A DNA stretch of 64,000 bases from an uncultured Acidobacteriota bacterium (GCA_963764715.1 CAVXTP010000017.1:32001-96000), one strand, 5' to 3'; positions 33,162 through 42,390 are shown, counted from the stretch's first letter. Notes: generated by a model not told the origin, from the letters alone. Numbers and translations: made by a program.

Positions 33162-34079
33162 CTAGGCCGCTTTCTCCTGCGGGCTCGGCGGACGGGTCGA
33201 GGCGCGGCGCGGAAGCACCTTGACGAACTGCCGGACGACCGACGGCACGAGGTTCGGCCGCAGGAGACGCGGATCGTACCGCGCCAGCCGCTTCTCGTTC
33301 TCCTCGAGACAGGTCTCGAGGAACGAGCGCAGGGAGAAGTCGCCGAAGACCGAGTGCGCCTTCAGGGTGAACCCGGCCTGCGTCGCGTCGCGCCCGGTCG
33401 CCGGGTCCGGAGCGGTCTCCTTCTTCTTCCCGTCGCCTCCGGCCATCTGGAGCGCGCCCCGCAGCCGGTCGAACGCCTGCGCGACGATGTTCCACCCGCG
33501 CCAGGCGTCGAAGCCGGGGCGCAGGAGGACCGGGCGCTGGGCCCGCAGGTACGCGGCCCAGTTGACGATGAAGAGGATGTGCCGCGCCTCTTCCTGCATG
33601 ATCGTCTCGAAGATCGCGATGAAGGCCTTGGGGAAGATCTCCGCGCTCGTCCCGAGCCGGAAGAGGCCGAAGGCGAAAAACGAGTCCAAGCACTCCCCGT
33701 AGCCGGTCCGCAGGAACGCCAGGGTCGGGTCCTTGGGGACCTCGGGCGGCGGGAACGGGCGGACATCGATCCCGTAATGGCGGGTCAGGCGCTGCAGGAC
33801 CTCGGCGTGACGGGCCTCCTCGTAGCCCTGGAGGCTGATCGCCTCGGCCAGGAGGGGGTCCTTCTCGGTGTCACCCAGAGACTGCACTTTGACGGCCGTG
33901 GCGGCCTCGGTCCGGGTGGCCTCGTTCCAGATCGGCATGGATTTGAGCCGGGCCAGTTGCTCGGCGTCCATGTCCGGCCACCGGATCTCCTCCGGTTTGA
34001 AGGGATCGTGGGTGTCGATGAACATCCGACAGAGCAGCTCTTTGTGCTCCGGGCTCCCGATCTTGAGCGTATTTGCCAT
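33162..34079 (-). CDS. Ferritin-like di-iron protein
   Basis: Two EEARH motifs plus TEAAT and GECLDS helices. Confidence 0.8.
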   Translation of the reverse strand: MANTLKIGSPEHKELLCRMFIDTHDPFKPEEIRWPDMDAEQLARLKSMPIWNEATRTEAATAVKVQSLGDTEKDPLLAEAISLQGYEEARHAEVLQRLTRHYGIDVRPFPPPEVPKDPTLAFLRTGYGECLDSFFAFGLFRLGTSAEIFPKAFIAIFETIMQEEARHILFIVNWAAYLRAQRPVLLRPGFDAWRGWNIVAQAFDRLRGALQMAGGDGKKKETAPDPATGRDATQAGFTLKAHSVFGDFSLRSFLETCLEENEKRLARYDPRLLRPNLVPSVVRQFVKVLPRRASTRPPSPQEKAA

Positions 34080-34134
34080 ACGAAGTTGTAGAGTATCATC
34101 CGCGTTTCTCTTCGGCGGGGGGGTAGGAAATCGT

Positions 34135-36084
34135 ATGTCCATTCTGAGCCGGATCGAGGGTCCGAAGGACCTCAAGACACTCTCCTATGGAGAGTTAGCC
34201 GAGCTTTCGCAGGACTGCCGGGAGGTGATCGTCCAGACGATCACGAAGACCGGAGGCCACCTCGCCTCCAACCTGGGAGTCGTCGAGCTGACCATCGCCC
34301 TCCACCGCGCTTTCGACAGCCCGAAAGACCGCCTGGTCTGGGACACCTCCAACCAGTGCTACACCCACAAGCTGGTGACCGGTCGGCGCGACCAGTTCTC
34401 GACGATCCGCACCCCGGGGGGTCTCTCGGGCTTCGCCGAGCCTTCCGAGAGCGACCACGACACCCTCGCCGCCGGCCACGCCGGCACCGGGCTCTCCTAC
34501 GGCCTCGGTGTCTCGATGGCGCTCCAGGATCGATCCAACGAACCGTACGTCATCGTGATCGTCGGCGACGGCGCCCTGACGTCGGGCCCGTCGTACGAGG
34601 CGATGAACAACATCGTCCACGTCAAGCCCAAGCGGATGATCGTCATCCTGAACGACAACGGCTGGTCGATCTCCGAGAACGTGGGCTGGCTCGCCCACTG
34701 GCGCAACCGTTTCGAGCTTCACCCGACCTACCAGAAGTTCGTCGACGCGGGCCACAGCTTCTTCAAGCGCCTGCCCAAGGGCGACATGGCATGGGAGCTC
34801 GCGCGGAAGCTGAAGAGCTCGGTCGAGGGCCTCTTCTTCCCCAACCTCATCTGGGACGAGCTCGGATTCCACTACGTCGGCCCCGTCAACGGCCACGACT
34901 TCAGGGAGCTCGAGGAGGCGCTGGCCCGCGCCAAGGACGTCTCCGCCGACGGCACGCCCGTCGTCATCCACGCGCTGACGCACAAGGGCCGCGGGTTCCA
35001 GCAGGCCGAGCAGAACCCCTCGAAGTTCCACCAGCCGGGCACTCCGACCGGCCCGGGCGGCGCCGGCACCCGCTACACCTACTCCCAGGTCTTCGCGAAG
35101 ACGCTCATCTCCATGATGGAGAAGGACCCCAAGATCGTGGCCTTCTCGGCGGCGATGCTCGAGGGGACCGGGTTGATCGAGGTCCAGAAGAAGTTCCCCG
35201 GCCGCGTGTTCGACGTCGGCATCGCCGAGGAGCACGCCGTGATCTGCGCCGGCGGCATGGCCAAGGAGGGCTGGAAGCCGGTCGTCTCCATTTACTCGAC
35301 CTTCCTGCAGCGGTCCTTCGACCAGCTGATCCACGACGTGGCGCTCCAGAACCTGCCCGTCACGATCTGCGTCGACCGGGCCGGCCTCGTCGGCGACGAC
35401 GGAAAGACGCACCAGGGCGTCTTCGACATCTCCTACACCCGGATGATCCCGAACATGACGATCGCCGCGCCCAAGGACGAGAACGAGCTGCAGCACGTCC
35501 TCCACACCGCGATCAATTCCGGGCGGCCGTTCGTGGTGCGCTACCCCCGCGGCCTGGCGCTCGGGGTCGAGCTCGACGCCGAGCTGAAGACCATGCCGAT
35601 CGGGAAGGGCGAGATCCTGCGCGAGGGACGCGATCTGACCTTCATCGCGTACGGCTCGATGGTTTCGGTCGCGAGCGCCGCGGCCGCGGAGCTCGAGGGC
35701 CGGGGGCTCTCGGTCGGCGTCGTCAACGCGCGCTTCGCCAAGCCCCTCGACATGGACCTGCTCGCGAAGGTCGCCGGCTCCTGCCCGCGCCTGATGACGC
35801 TCGAGGAGCACCTGGCGGCCGGCGGCTTCGGCGCCGGCGTGCTCGAGGCGTTCCATGCCGGGGGGCTGCCGACGGCGGGGCTCAAGGTCCACGCGATCCC
35901 GGACCAGTTCATCGACCACAGCCCGCAGCTCCAGCAGCGCCACAACCTCAAGCTCGACGTCGAGGGCGTCGTCGAGAAGACTTTCGAGCTCTTCCCGGAC
36001 CTCGCGCGCCCGGCCGCGGCCGCCGCCGGCGCCGGCGACCCGCGCAGCAAGAAGGAAAAATTCGCCGAGACGGTGAACTGGTGA
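34135..36084 (+). CDS. dxs: 1-deoxy-D-xylulose-5-phosphate synthase
   Basis: GGHLASNLGVVELT, GDGALT...NDN, GPVNGHD, DVGIAEEHA, YSTFLQR, DRAGLVG.DG.TH. Confidence 0.97.
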   Translation: MSILSRIEGPKDLKTLSYGELAELSQDCREVIVQTITKTGGHLASNLGVVELTIALHRAFDSPKDRLVWDTSNQCYTHKLVTGRRDQFSTIRTPGGLSGFAEPSESDHDTLAAGHAGTGLSYGLGVSMALQDRSNEPYVIVIVGDGALTSGPSYEAMNNIVHVKPKRMIVILNDNGWSISENVGWLAHWRNRFELHPTYQKFVDAGHSFFKRLPKGDMAWELARKLKSSVEGLFFPNLIWDELGFHYVGPVNGHDFRELEEALARAKDVSADGTPVVIHALTHKGRGFQQAEQNPSKFHQPGTPTGPGGAGTRYTYSQVFAKTLISMMEKDPKIVAFSAAMLEGTGLIEVQKKFPGRVFDVGIAEEHAVICAGGMAKEGWKPVVSIYSTFLQRSFDQLIHDVALQNLPVTICVDRAGLVGDDGKTHQGVFDISYTRMIPNMTIAAPKDENELQHVLHTAINSGRPFVVRYPRGLALGVELDAELKTMPIGKGEILREGRDLTFIAYGSMVSVASAAAAELEGRGLSVGVVNARFAKPLDMDLLAKVAGSCPRLMTLEEHLAAGGFGAGVLEAFHAGGLPTAGLKVHAIPDQFIDHSPQLQQRHNLKLDVEGVVEKTFELFPDLARPAAAAAGAGDPRSKKEKFAETVNW

Positions 36085-37061
36085 ACGTGCCGGGCGACTT
36101 CTCCGGAATCCGGGTCGAGAAGCTCCTGATCGCGGGCCTGCGCGGCTTCTGCGCCGGCGTCGTCCGCGCGATCGACGTCGTCGAGAAGGCCCTCGAGGCG
36201 ATCGACGGGCCCGTCTACGTGCGCAAGGAGATCATCCACAACCGCTACGTCGTCGACGAGCTGCGCGACAAGGGCGCCCGCTTCGTGGAGGAAGTCGACG
36301 AGGTCCCGGACAACGCCTCGCTCATCTTCTCGGCCCACGGCATCGCGCCCCAGGTCCGCGCCCTCGCCCAGCAGAAGCGGCTGCAGACGATCGACGCGAC
36401 CTGCCCGCTCGTCACGAAGGTGCACCTCGAGGCCATCCACTACGCCAAGCAGGGCTACACGATCATCCTCGTCGGCCACCACGATCACGACGAGACGGTC
36501 GGCACGCTCGGCGAGGCGCCGGACGCGATCCGCCTGGTCGAGACGCGCGAGGACGCCGAGAAGGTCACGGTGCCGGACCCCGACCGCGTGGCGTACCTGA
36601 CGCAGACGACGCTCTCGATCGACGACACGCGCGACATCCTCGCCGTCCTGAAGCGACGGTTCCCGAACCTGAAGGCCCCCTCGAAGCAGGACATCTGCTA
36701 CGCCACGCAGAACCGCCAGGACGCCGTCAAGGCGATGGCGCCCCACGTCGACATGCTGCTGGTGCTCGGGGCGCCGAACTCCTCCAACTCGCTCCGGATG
36801 TGCGAGGTCGCCCGCGCCAACGGGGTCGCGTCGCACCTGATCGAGCGCGCCCGGGACATCCGGCCGGAGTGGCTCCAGGGCGTCCGGGTCCTCGGTCTCA
36901 CCGCCTCGGCGTCGGCCCCCGAGATCCTGGTCCAGGAGGTCGTGACCTTCGCGCGCGAGAAGCTCGGAGTCTCGGTCGTCGAGGAGTTCGAGACCGTCAA
37001 GGAAGACGTCCACTTCCCGCTGCCCCAGGAGTTGAAAGCCCTTCTGCCCGTCAGAGTCTGA
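36081..37061 (+). CDS. ispH: 4-hydroxy-3-methylbut-2-enyl diphosphate reductase
   Basis: RGFCAGV, IHN, FSAHG, DATCPLV.KVH, QTTLS, ICYATQNRQ, SSNS. Confidence 0.97.
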   Translation: MNVPGDFSGIRVEKLLIAGLRGFCAGVVRAIDVVEKALEAIDGPVYVRKEIIHNRYVVDELRDKGARFVEEVDEVPDNASLIFSAHGIAPQVRALAQQKRLQTIDATCPLVTKVHLEAIHYAKQGYTIILVGHHDHDETVGTLGEAPDAIRLVETREDAEKVTVPDPDRVAYLTQTTLSIDDTRDILAVLKRRFPNLKAPSKQDICYATQNRQDAVKAMAPHVDMLLVLGAPNSSNSLRMCEVARANGVASHLIERARDIRPEWLQGVRVLGLTASASAPEILVQEVVTFAREKLGVSVVEEFETVKEDVHFPLPQELKALLPVRV

Positions 37062-37077
37062 CGCGTCGGGATCCGGC

Positions 37078-38175
37078 ATGACTCTCCCCACCGCGCCCGT
37101 CGCGGCCCCCCGCGGCATTTCGAAGCTGTCGGACGGCGGGTCGCGCCCCTCGGGCGCGCGACCGCGGGCCGGGCGGATCGCTCTCTTCGCCGCCGGCCTC
37201 GTCGTCCTCGGCGCCGGGCTCGCGCTCGTCGGCTGGACGCCGATCGCCGAGAACCTCGCCCGCATCGGCCCTTACTTCGTCCTGCTCGTCGGCCTCTACG
37301 CGGCCGCGCAGATCGCGTTCACGCTCGGCTGGTGGGTGATCGCCGGCCGGCGCGGCCCGGCGTCGTTCCGGGACCTCTTCGCCGCGTATCTCGCGGGCGA
37401 CTCGATCAACTACTTCACGAGCGTCGGCGGCGAGCCCGTCAAGGCCCACCTGCTGCGCGGAAAGATGGGCTTCGGCCCGGCCTTCGCCACGATCTGGGTC
37501 AACCGCAACGCGGACGTGCTCGCGCAGTGGCTCTTCCTCGTCGCCGGAGCGGCCGTCGCGCTGACCCGGTATTCCCTGCCGCCGCTGCCCCGCTTCCTCG
37601 TGATCGCCGGCCTGACGGTGCTCGGCGCGCTCGCGCTCGGGTTCACCGGCATGCAGCGGCGGGGATTCTTCGGGCCGATCCTGAGGCTCCTGAAGAAGGT
37701 CCCGCTCCTCGAGAAGCGGCTGTCGGGGCTCGAGACGCATGCCGAGGAAGTCGACGCGCGGATCCGGCTCTATTACCGGAGCGAGGAGCACGGCCTGCAG
37801 TTCGCGATCGCCGTCGTCTGGGGCTTCCTCGGCTGGTGCGGCGGCCTCGTCGAGACGTGGATCGTCCTGAGGCTGCTCTCCCCGACCCACACGTTCGCAT
37901 CGGCCTTCGCGGTCGAGTCGCTGGCGATGATCCTGAACGGCATCCTGCTCTTCATTCCGGCCCGGATCGGGAGCGCCGAAGCCATCCGCCTCGGAGTCGC
38001 GGCGCTCGTGGGCCTGACGCCCGCACAGGGCGCGGCCTACGCGCTCGTCCGGCGGGCCCGCGAGCTGCTGTGGCTCGCGCCGGGGGGCGTCGTGCTCCTG
38101 AAGCACCATTTGATCGACGTGGCGCACTTGCGGCTCGAGCGGCTGGAGCCCTCGGGCCGGGAGGCGCGGCCATGA
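37078..38175 (+). CDS. Lysylphosphatidylglycerol-synthase TM (flippase-like) protein (copy 2)
   Basis: VGGEPVKA, LGWCGGLVETW, FAVESLAMILN, LVRRARELLW; paralog of 31092-32141. Confidence 0.82.
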   Translation: MTLPTAPVAAPRGISKLSDGGSRPSGARPRAGRIALFAAGLVVLGAGLALVGWTPIAENLARIGPYFVLLVGLYAAAQIAFTLGWWVIAGRRGPASFRDLFAAYLAGDSINYFTSVGGEPVKAHLLRGKMGFGPAFATIWVNRNADVLAQWLFLVAGAAVALTRYSLPPLPRFLVIAGLTVLGALALGFTGMQRRGFFGPILRLLKKVPLLEKRLSGLETHAEEVDARIRLYYRSEEHGLQFAIAVVWGFLGWCGGLVETWIVLRLLSPTHTFASAFAVESLAMILNGILLFIPARIGSAEAIRLGVAALVGLTPAQGAAYALVRRARELLWLAPGGVVLLKHHLIDVAHLRLERLEPSGREARP

Positions 38176-38276
38176 CGGGCTTCTACGGTAACCTTCCCGC
38201 CGTGTGCGCCGACGTCCGGATCGCACGCCGCCTGACGGCTCGCGCCGAAGAGGCCGCGCGGGGGATCGTCCCGTGA
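38172..38276 (+). pseudogene. 34-aa mini-ORF, probable HAD hydrolase relic
   Basis: MTGFYGNLPAV matches SNFYGNLQAV of the HAD at 30406-31095; overlaps both neighbours (ATGA, GTGA). Confidence 0.6.
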
Positions 38277-38962
38277 GCGCGATCGTCTCGGGCGCGGTCA
38301 TCGCGGCCGGAGAGGGCTCCCGGCTGAAGCAGTTCGGCGTGCCCAAGCCTCTCCTCGAGGTCGCGGGGGTGCCGCTGATCGAGCACGTCCTGTCGAACTT
38401 CGAGGCCGCCGGGATCGCGTCGGCGGCGGTCATCTTCAACGAGTCCGAGCGGGACTGCGAGGCCTTCGTCCGCGAGCGCTTCGGGCGGCTCGTCCAGACC
38501 GTGCTCGTGAAGACGACGCGCTCCTCGCTCGAGAGCTTCCGGGCCGTGCTCGAGGTCGCCCCGAAGGGGCGGCTGCTCGTGTCGACCGTGGATGCGTTCT
38601 GCCCGCGGAAGGACTTCGTCCGCTTCGTCGAGCACGCCGGGGAGCTGCCGTCCCATTCCACCGTCCTCGCCGTGACCCGTTTCGTCGACGACGAGAAGCC
38701 CCTCTGGGTCAACGTCGCACGGCATGGCCGGGTCTCGTCGATCGGCGGATCGACCGGCGACGCCGTGACCGCCGGGATCTACGTCTTCCCGGAGAGGGTC
38801 CGGCAGCTCGGCGTTCCGCCGGAGCTCGGGCGGCTGCGGGACTTCCTCGCGTGGCTCGCGAAGTCCGGCGAGCCGATCCAGGCCCTCGAGATCGAAAAGG
38901 TCGTCGACGTCGACCGCGCCGAGGACCTCGCCGTGGCCGAAGAGCTGGCGGCGGCGCGATGA
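38273..38962 (+). CDS. Nucleotidyltransferase (NTP_transferase; candidate inositol-phosphate cytidylyltransferase)
   Basis: IAAGEGSRL..PKPLL, STVD, DVDRAED. Confidence 0.88.
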   Translation: MSAIVSGAVIAAGEGSRLKQFGVPKPLLEVAGVPLIEHVLSNFEAAGIASAAVIFNESERDCEAFVRERFGRLVQTVLVKTTRSSLESFRAVLEVAPKGRLLVSTVDAFCPRKDFVRFVEHAGELPSHSTVLAVTRFVDDEKPLWVNVARHGRVSSIGGSTGDAVTAGIYVFPERVRQLGVPPELGRLRDFLAWLAKSGEPIQALEIEKVVDVDRAEDLAVAEELAAAR

Positions 38963-39828
38963 CGGGCTCCGCGCCGCGCTGCTGGGGCGTCTACCGGGAG
39001 CTCGCCCATTCGCCCGGCCGCGAGACCGACGACGCCGACATCCTGCGCGCGACGGGCGAGGAGCTGGCGGCGCGCGGGTTCGACGTCTCGCTCAAGACGA
39101 CCGAGGAGCTGCCCGAGGCGGGGGACTTCGCTTCGGTGCCCCCGTTTCTCTTCGTCATGTGCGAGCGGGTCCCCGTCGTCGAAACGCTCGCGGCCTGGGA
39201 GCGGCGCGGCGCGCGGATCCTCAACCGCCCGGCCGGCATCCGCAACACCGACCGCGAGCGGACCCTCGACCTCTTCGGGCGGCACGGCGTCCCGCACCCC
39301 CGAAGCGTCCTCGTCGAGACCGGGAAGGGCGACGCGGCGTTCCCCGGGGAGTGCTGGATCAAGCGCGGCGACGTCCACGCGACCGAGGCCGGCGACGTCG
39401 CCTTCGCCGGCGATCCCGGCGGGTTCGCCACGCACCTCGAGCGCTTCGCCGCCCGCGGGATCCTCTGCGCGGTCGTCCAGGACCACGTCCCGGGCGACCT
39501 GATCAAGTTCTACGGCGTCGCCGGCCTCGACGATCCGCCCGGCCGGCCGTCCTGGTTCCAGTGGTTCTACCACCGCGACCAGGCGCTCGCGAGCCACCCG
39601 TTCGACGCGTCCGCCCTGGAGGCGGCCACGGCCCGCGCCGCCGCCGCGCTCTCGCTCGAGGTCTACGGCGGCGACGCGATCGTGTCCGCGGACGGCCGCA
39701 TCCACGTCATCGATCTGAACGCCTGGCCGAGCTTCGCGCTCTTTCGCGGCGTGGCCGCGGCGAAAATCGCGGCCCTGCTCGCCGCGCGCTTCTCCCGCGC
39801 CGGCGCCCCGCTCGAGGCCTCCCGATGA
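38959..39828 (+). CDS. ATP-grasp fold protein (copy 2)
   Basis: WIKRGDVH, VVQDHVPGDLIKFYGV, YGGDAIV, VIDLNAWPSF. Confidence 0.8.
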   Translation: MTGSAPRCWGVYRELAHSPGRETDDADILRATGEELAARGFDVSLKTTEELPEAGDFASVPPFLFVMCERVPVVETLAAWERRGARILNRPAGIRNTDRERTLDLFGRHGVPHPRSVLVETGKGDAAFPGECWIKRGDVHATEAGDVAFAGDPGGFATHLERFAARGILCAVVQDHVPGDLIKFYGVAGLDDPPGRPSWFQWFYHRDQALASHPFDASALEAATARAAAALSLEVYGGDAIVSADGRIHVIDLNAWPSFALFRGVAAAKIAALLAARFSRAGAPLEASR

Positions 39829-41162
39829 CCGAGGTCCGCCACCGCATCGAGGTCGGGCCGCGCTCGAAGGCGATCGTCGACCTGGAGCAGCGTCACATGG
39901 CGCCGGGCCTGCAGTCCTTCGCCCTGTACTCGGGGCTCGCCATGGCGCGCGGCCAGGGAAGCCGGATCTTCGACGAAGACGGCAACGGCTACGTCGACTT
40001 CATCGCCGGGATCGCCGTGGGCTCCGTCGGCCACTGCCACCCCTATTACGTGAAGGCGCTCCAGGACCAGGCCGCGAAGCTGACGTTCGGCAGCTTCACG
40101 ACCGAGGTCCGCGCGAAGTTCCTCAACCTCCTCGGAAGCGTGACTCCCCCCGGCCTGACCCGCATCCAGCTCTTCTCGGGCGGCGCGGAGGCGGTCGAGG
40201 CGGCCTTCCGCCTCGCCAAGGCCGTCACGAAGAAGTTCGAGTTCGTCGGATACTCCGGCGCCTTCCACGGCAAGACCGGCGGCGTCCTGCCGCTCCTGTG
40301 GGGCGACTTCAAGGAGGGGCTCGGCCCCTTCGTCCCCGGCACGTACTCGGCGCCCTACGCCTACTGCTACCGCTGCCCGCTCCAGCTGACCTACCCCGAC
40401 TGCGGGATCGCCTGCGCGGAAGAGACGCGCGACGTGATCCGCAACCAGACCGGCCGGCAGGTCGCCGCGATCATCGTCGAGCCGATGCAGGGCACCGCGG
40501 GCAACGTGATTCCCCCGCCGGGCTTCCTGTCCGCCGTCCAGGCGATCGCGAAGGAGAACGGCGCCCTCTTGATCGCCGACGAGATGATCACGGGCTTCGG
40601 GCGCACCGGGACGTTCTGGGGGGTCGAGCACGACGGCGTCGTCCCCGACGTCATGACGTGCGGCAAGGGCATCGGCGGCGGCTTCCCGCTCGCGGCCGTC
40701 GTCTCGACCGACGCACTGACGGCCGCGAAGCCCTGGTCGAACCCCTCGGGCAGCTCCTCCTCGTACGGCGGTAACCCGCTCGGCTCGGCGGCGGGGCTCG
40801 CGGCCCTCGAGATCATCACGCGCGAGAACCTCGTCGAGAACTCGCGCCGCGTCGGGGCCGCCATGCTCGCGCGCCTCCAGGCCATGCAGGAGAAGCACCG
40901 CGTCATCGGCGACGTCCGCGGGAAGGGCCTCCTCCTCGGCCTCGAGCTCGTGAAGGACCGGACGTCGAAGGAGCTGGTGCCGAAGGACTTCGCGAGGGCG
41001 CTCTTCCAGGAGTGCCTGCGGCGCGGCCTTCTGGCGATGTCCTACTCGCCCGTCATCCGCATCAACCCGCCGCTCTCGATCGACGAGGCGACCGCGCTCG
41101 AGGGGCTCGAGATCCTCGACGAGGCGATCGGCGCGACGGCGCGCGATTGGAAGCTGGCATGA
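39825..41162 (+). CDS. Class III PLP-dependent aminotransferase
   Basis: GGAEAVE, AFHGKT, IVEPMQG, IADEMITGFGRTG, PDVMTCGKGIGGG, VRGKGL. Confidence 0.92.
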   Translation: MTEVRHRIEVGPRSKAIVDLEQRHMAPGLQSFALYSGLAMARGQGSRIFDEDGNGYVDFIAGIAVGSVGHCHPYYVKALQDQAAKLTFGSFTTEVRAKFLNLLGSVTPPGLTRIQLFSGGAEAVEAAFRLAKAVTKKFEFVGYSGAFHGKTGGVLPLLWGDFKEGLGPFVPGTYSAPYAYCYRCPLQLTYPDCGIACAEETRDVIRNQTGRQVAAIIVEPMQGTAGNVIPPPGFLSAVQAIAKENGALLIADEMITGFGRTGTFWGVEHDGVVPDVMTCGKGIGGGFPLAAVVSTDALTAAKPWSNPSGSSSSYGGNPLGSAAGLAALEIITRENLVENSRRVGAAMLARLQAMQEKHRVIGDVRGKGLLLGLELVKDRTSKELVPKDFARALFQECLRRGLLAMSYSPVIRINPPLSIDEATALEGLEILDEAIGATARDWKLA

Positions 41163-41195
41163 GGACACGATCCGGCCGGTCCTCCCGGCCCCGGT

Positions 41196-41345
41196 CCGCG
41201 GCGCGAGTAGTCTCCCGAAGTAACCGAGGGAGGAGGCTCGCGCCGCGGGAGCGAGCGCGCAGCGAGGGACCAGGCCCGCGGTCGAGCCGGCAGCCCGGCG
41301 AGCCGCGGGCCGGTGGCGACAGCCAGGTCCCGAGAGAGCGCTCGC
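41196..41345. other. Highly structured intergenic element (two multi-stem hairpins)
   Basis: Complementary pairs 41196-207/41237-248, 41251-58/41338-45, 41266-71/41326-31 and 41273-81/41303-11. Confidence 0.6.
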
Positions 41346-41352
41346 GACGGTC

Positions 41353-42390
41353 ATGTTGAAGGGCGCGCTCCTCGGCTTCGGGCACGTCGCCGCGGAAGGC
41401 CACGTCCCCGGGTGGCTCGCCCGGAAGGACATCGAGATCGTCGCCGCGGCCGACGCGCGGCCCGGGCGAAGCACGGCGTTCTTCGAGACGTTTCCGCAGG
41501 GCCGCTGGTACACGACGGTCGAGGACCTCCTCGCGAAGGAGTCGCTCGACTTCGTCGACGTCTGCACGCCTCCCGCCTCCCACGCGATGATCGTGCGGCA
41601 GGCGCTCGCGCGCTCGCTCCACGTGCTCTGCGAGAAGCCCCTCGTCGTGTCTCCGATCGAGCTCCGGGGCCTGCCCGCGCTGTCGGCCGAGAAGGAGCGC
41701 GCGGTCGTCACGGTGCACAACTGGCGCTACGCGCCCGCCGTCGTCCGCATCGGCGAGATTCTCTCCGCCGGCGCGCTCGGCGAGATCCGGCGCGTGCGCT
41801 GGCAGACGCTCCGCAACAAGCCCGCCGCGAGCGTGGGCGAGGCCGACAACTGGCGCGTCGACCCGGCGCAGTCCGGCGGCGGCATCCTCGTCGACCACGG
41901 CTGGCACGCCCTCTACGTGGTCTCGGGCTGGATGGGCGCGGCGCCGCGCACCGTCGCGGCGTCCCTCGAGACGCGCAAGCACCACGAGTGGCCGATCGAG
42001 GACACCGCCGACCTCTTCCTCGTCTACCCGGCGGCCTCGGCCGAGATCCTGCTGACCTGGGCGGACCCGGAGCGGTCCAATCGCGCCGAGATCACCGGGA
42101 CCCGGGGGGTCCTCCGGCTCGACGGCGGCCGCCTGACGCTCTTCGACGCGGACGGGAAGCGGCCGAAGGACGAATGGACCGTGCCCTCGCTCTCCGAGGG
42201 CTCGCATCACCCCGACTGGTTCTCCGGCGTCATCGAGAGCTTCTTCGACGAGGTCGCCGACGCGAAGTGGCGCGGGCGCAACCTCGCCGAGGCGACGCTC
42301 TGCGCCAACGTGCTCGCCCTCGCGCGCGAGTCGAGCCGGCAGGGCGGCGTGCCCCTGCCGGTCGAGCGCATGGCGGGCACGCGACGGTGA
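41353..42390 (+). CDS. Gfo/Idh/MocA oxidoreductase (inositol dehydrogenase-like)
   Basis: LLGFGHVA, CTPPASH, LCEKP, GGGILVDHGWH. Confidence 0.9.
   Translation: MLKGALLGFGHVAAEGHVPGWLARKDIEIVAAADARPGRSTAFFETFPQGRWYTTVEDLLAKESLDFVDVCTPPASHAMIVRQALARSLHVLCEKPLVVSPIELRGLPALSAEKERAVVTVHNWRYAPAVVRIGEILSAGALGEIRRVRWQTLRNKPAASVGEADNWRVDPAQSGGGILVDHGWHALYVVSGWMGAAPRTVAASLETRKHHEWPIEDTADLFLVYPAASAEILLTWADPERSNRAEITGTRGVLRLDGGRLTLFDADGKRPKDEWTVPSLSEGSHHPDWFSGVIESFFDEVADAKWRGRNLAEATLCANVLALARESSRQGGVPLPVERMAGTRR

Noticed and set aside
39825-41162. Assigning the symbol hpnO
   Set aside because: The class III motifs are generic and the gene sits in the inositol module, so orthology cannot be shown by eye.
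41159-41359. 66-aa ORF spanning the structured intergenic element
   Set aside because: Arg/Ser/Pro-rich with no coding signature; the sequence is better explained by base-pairing.
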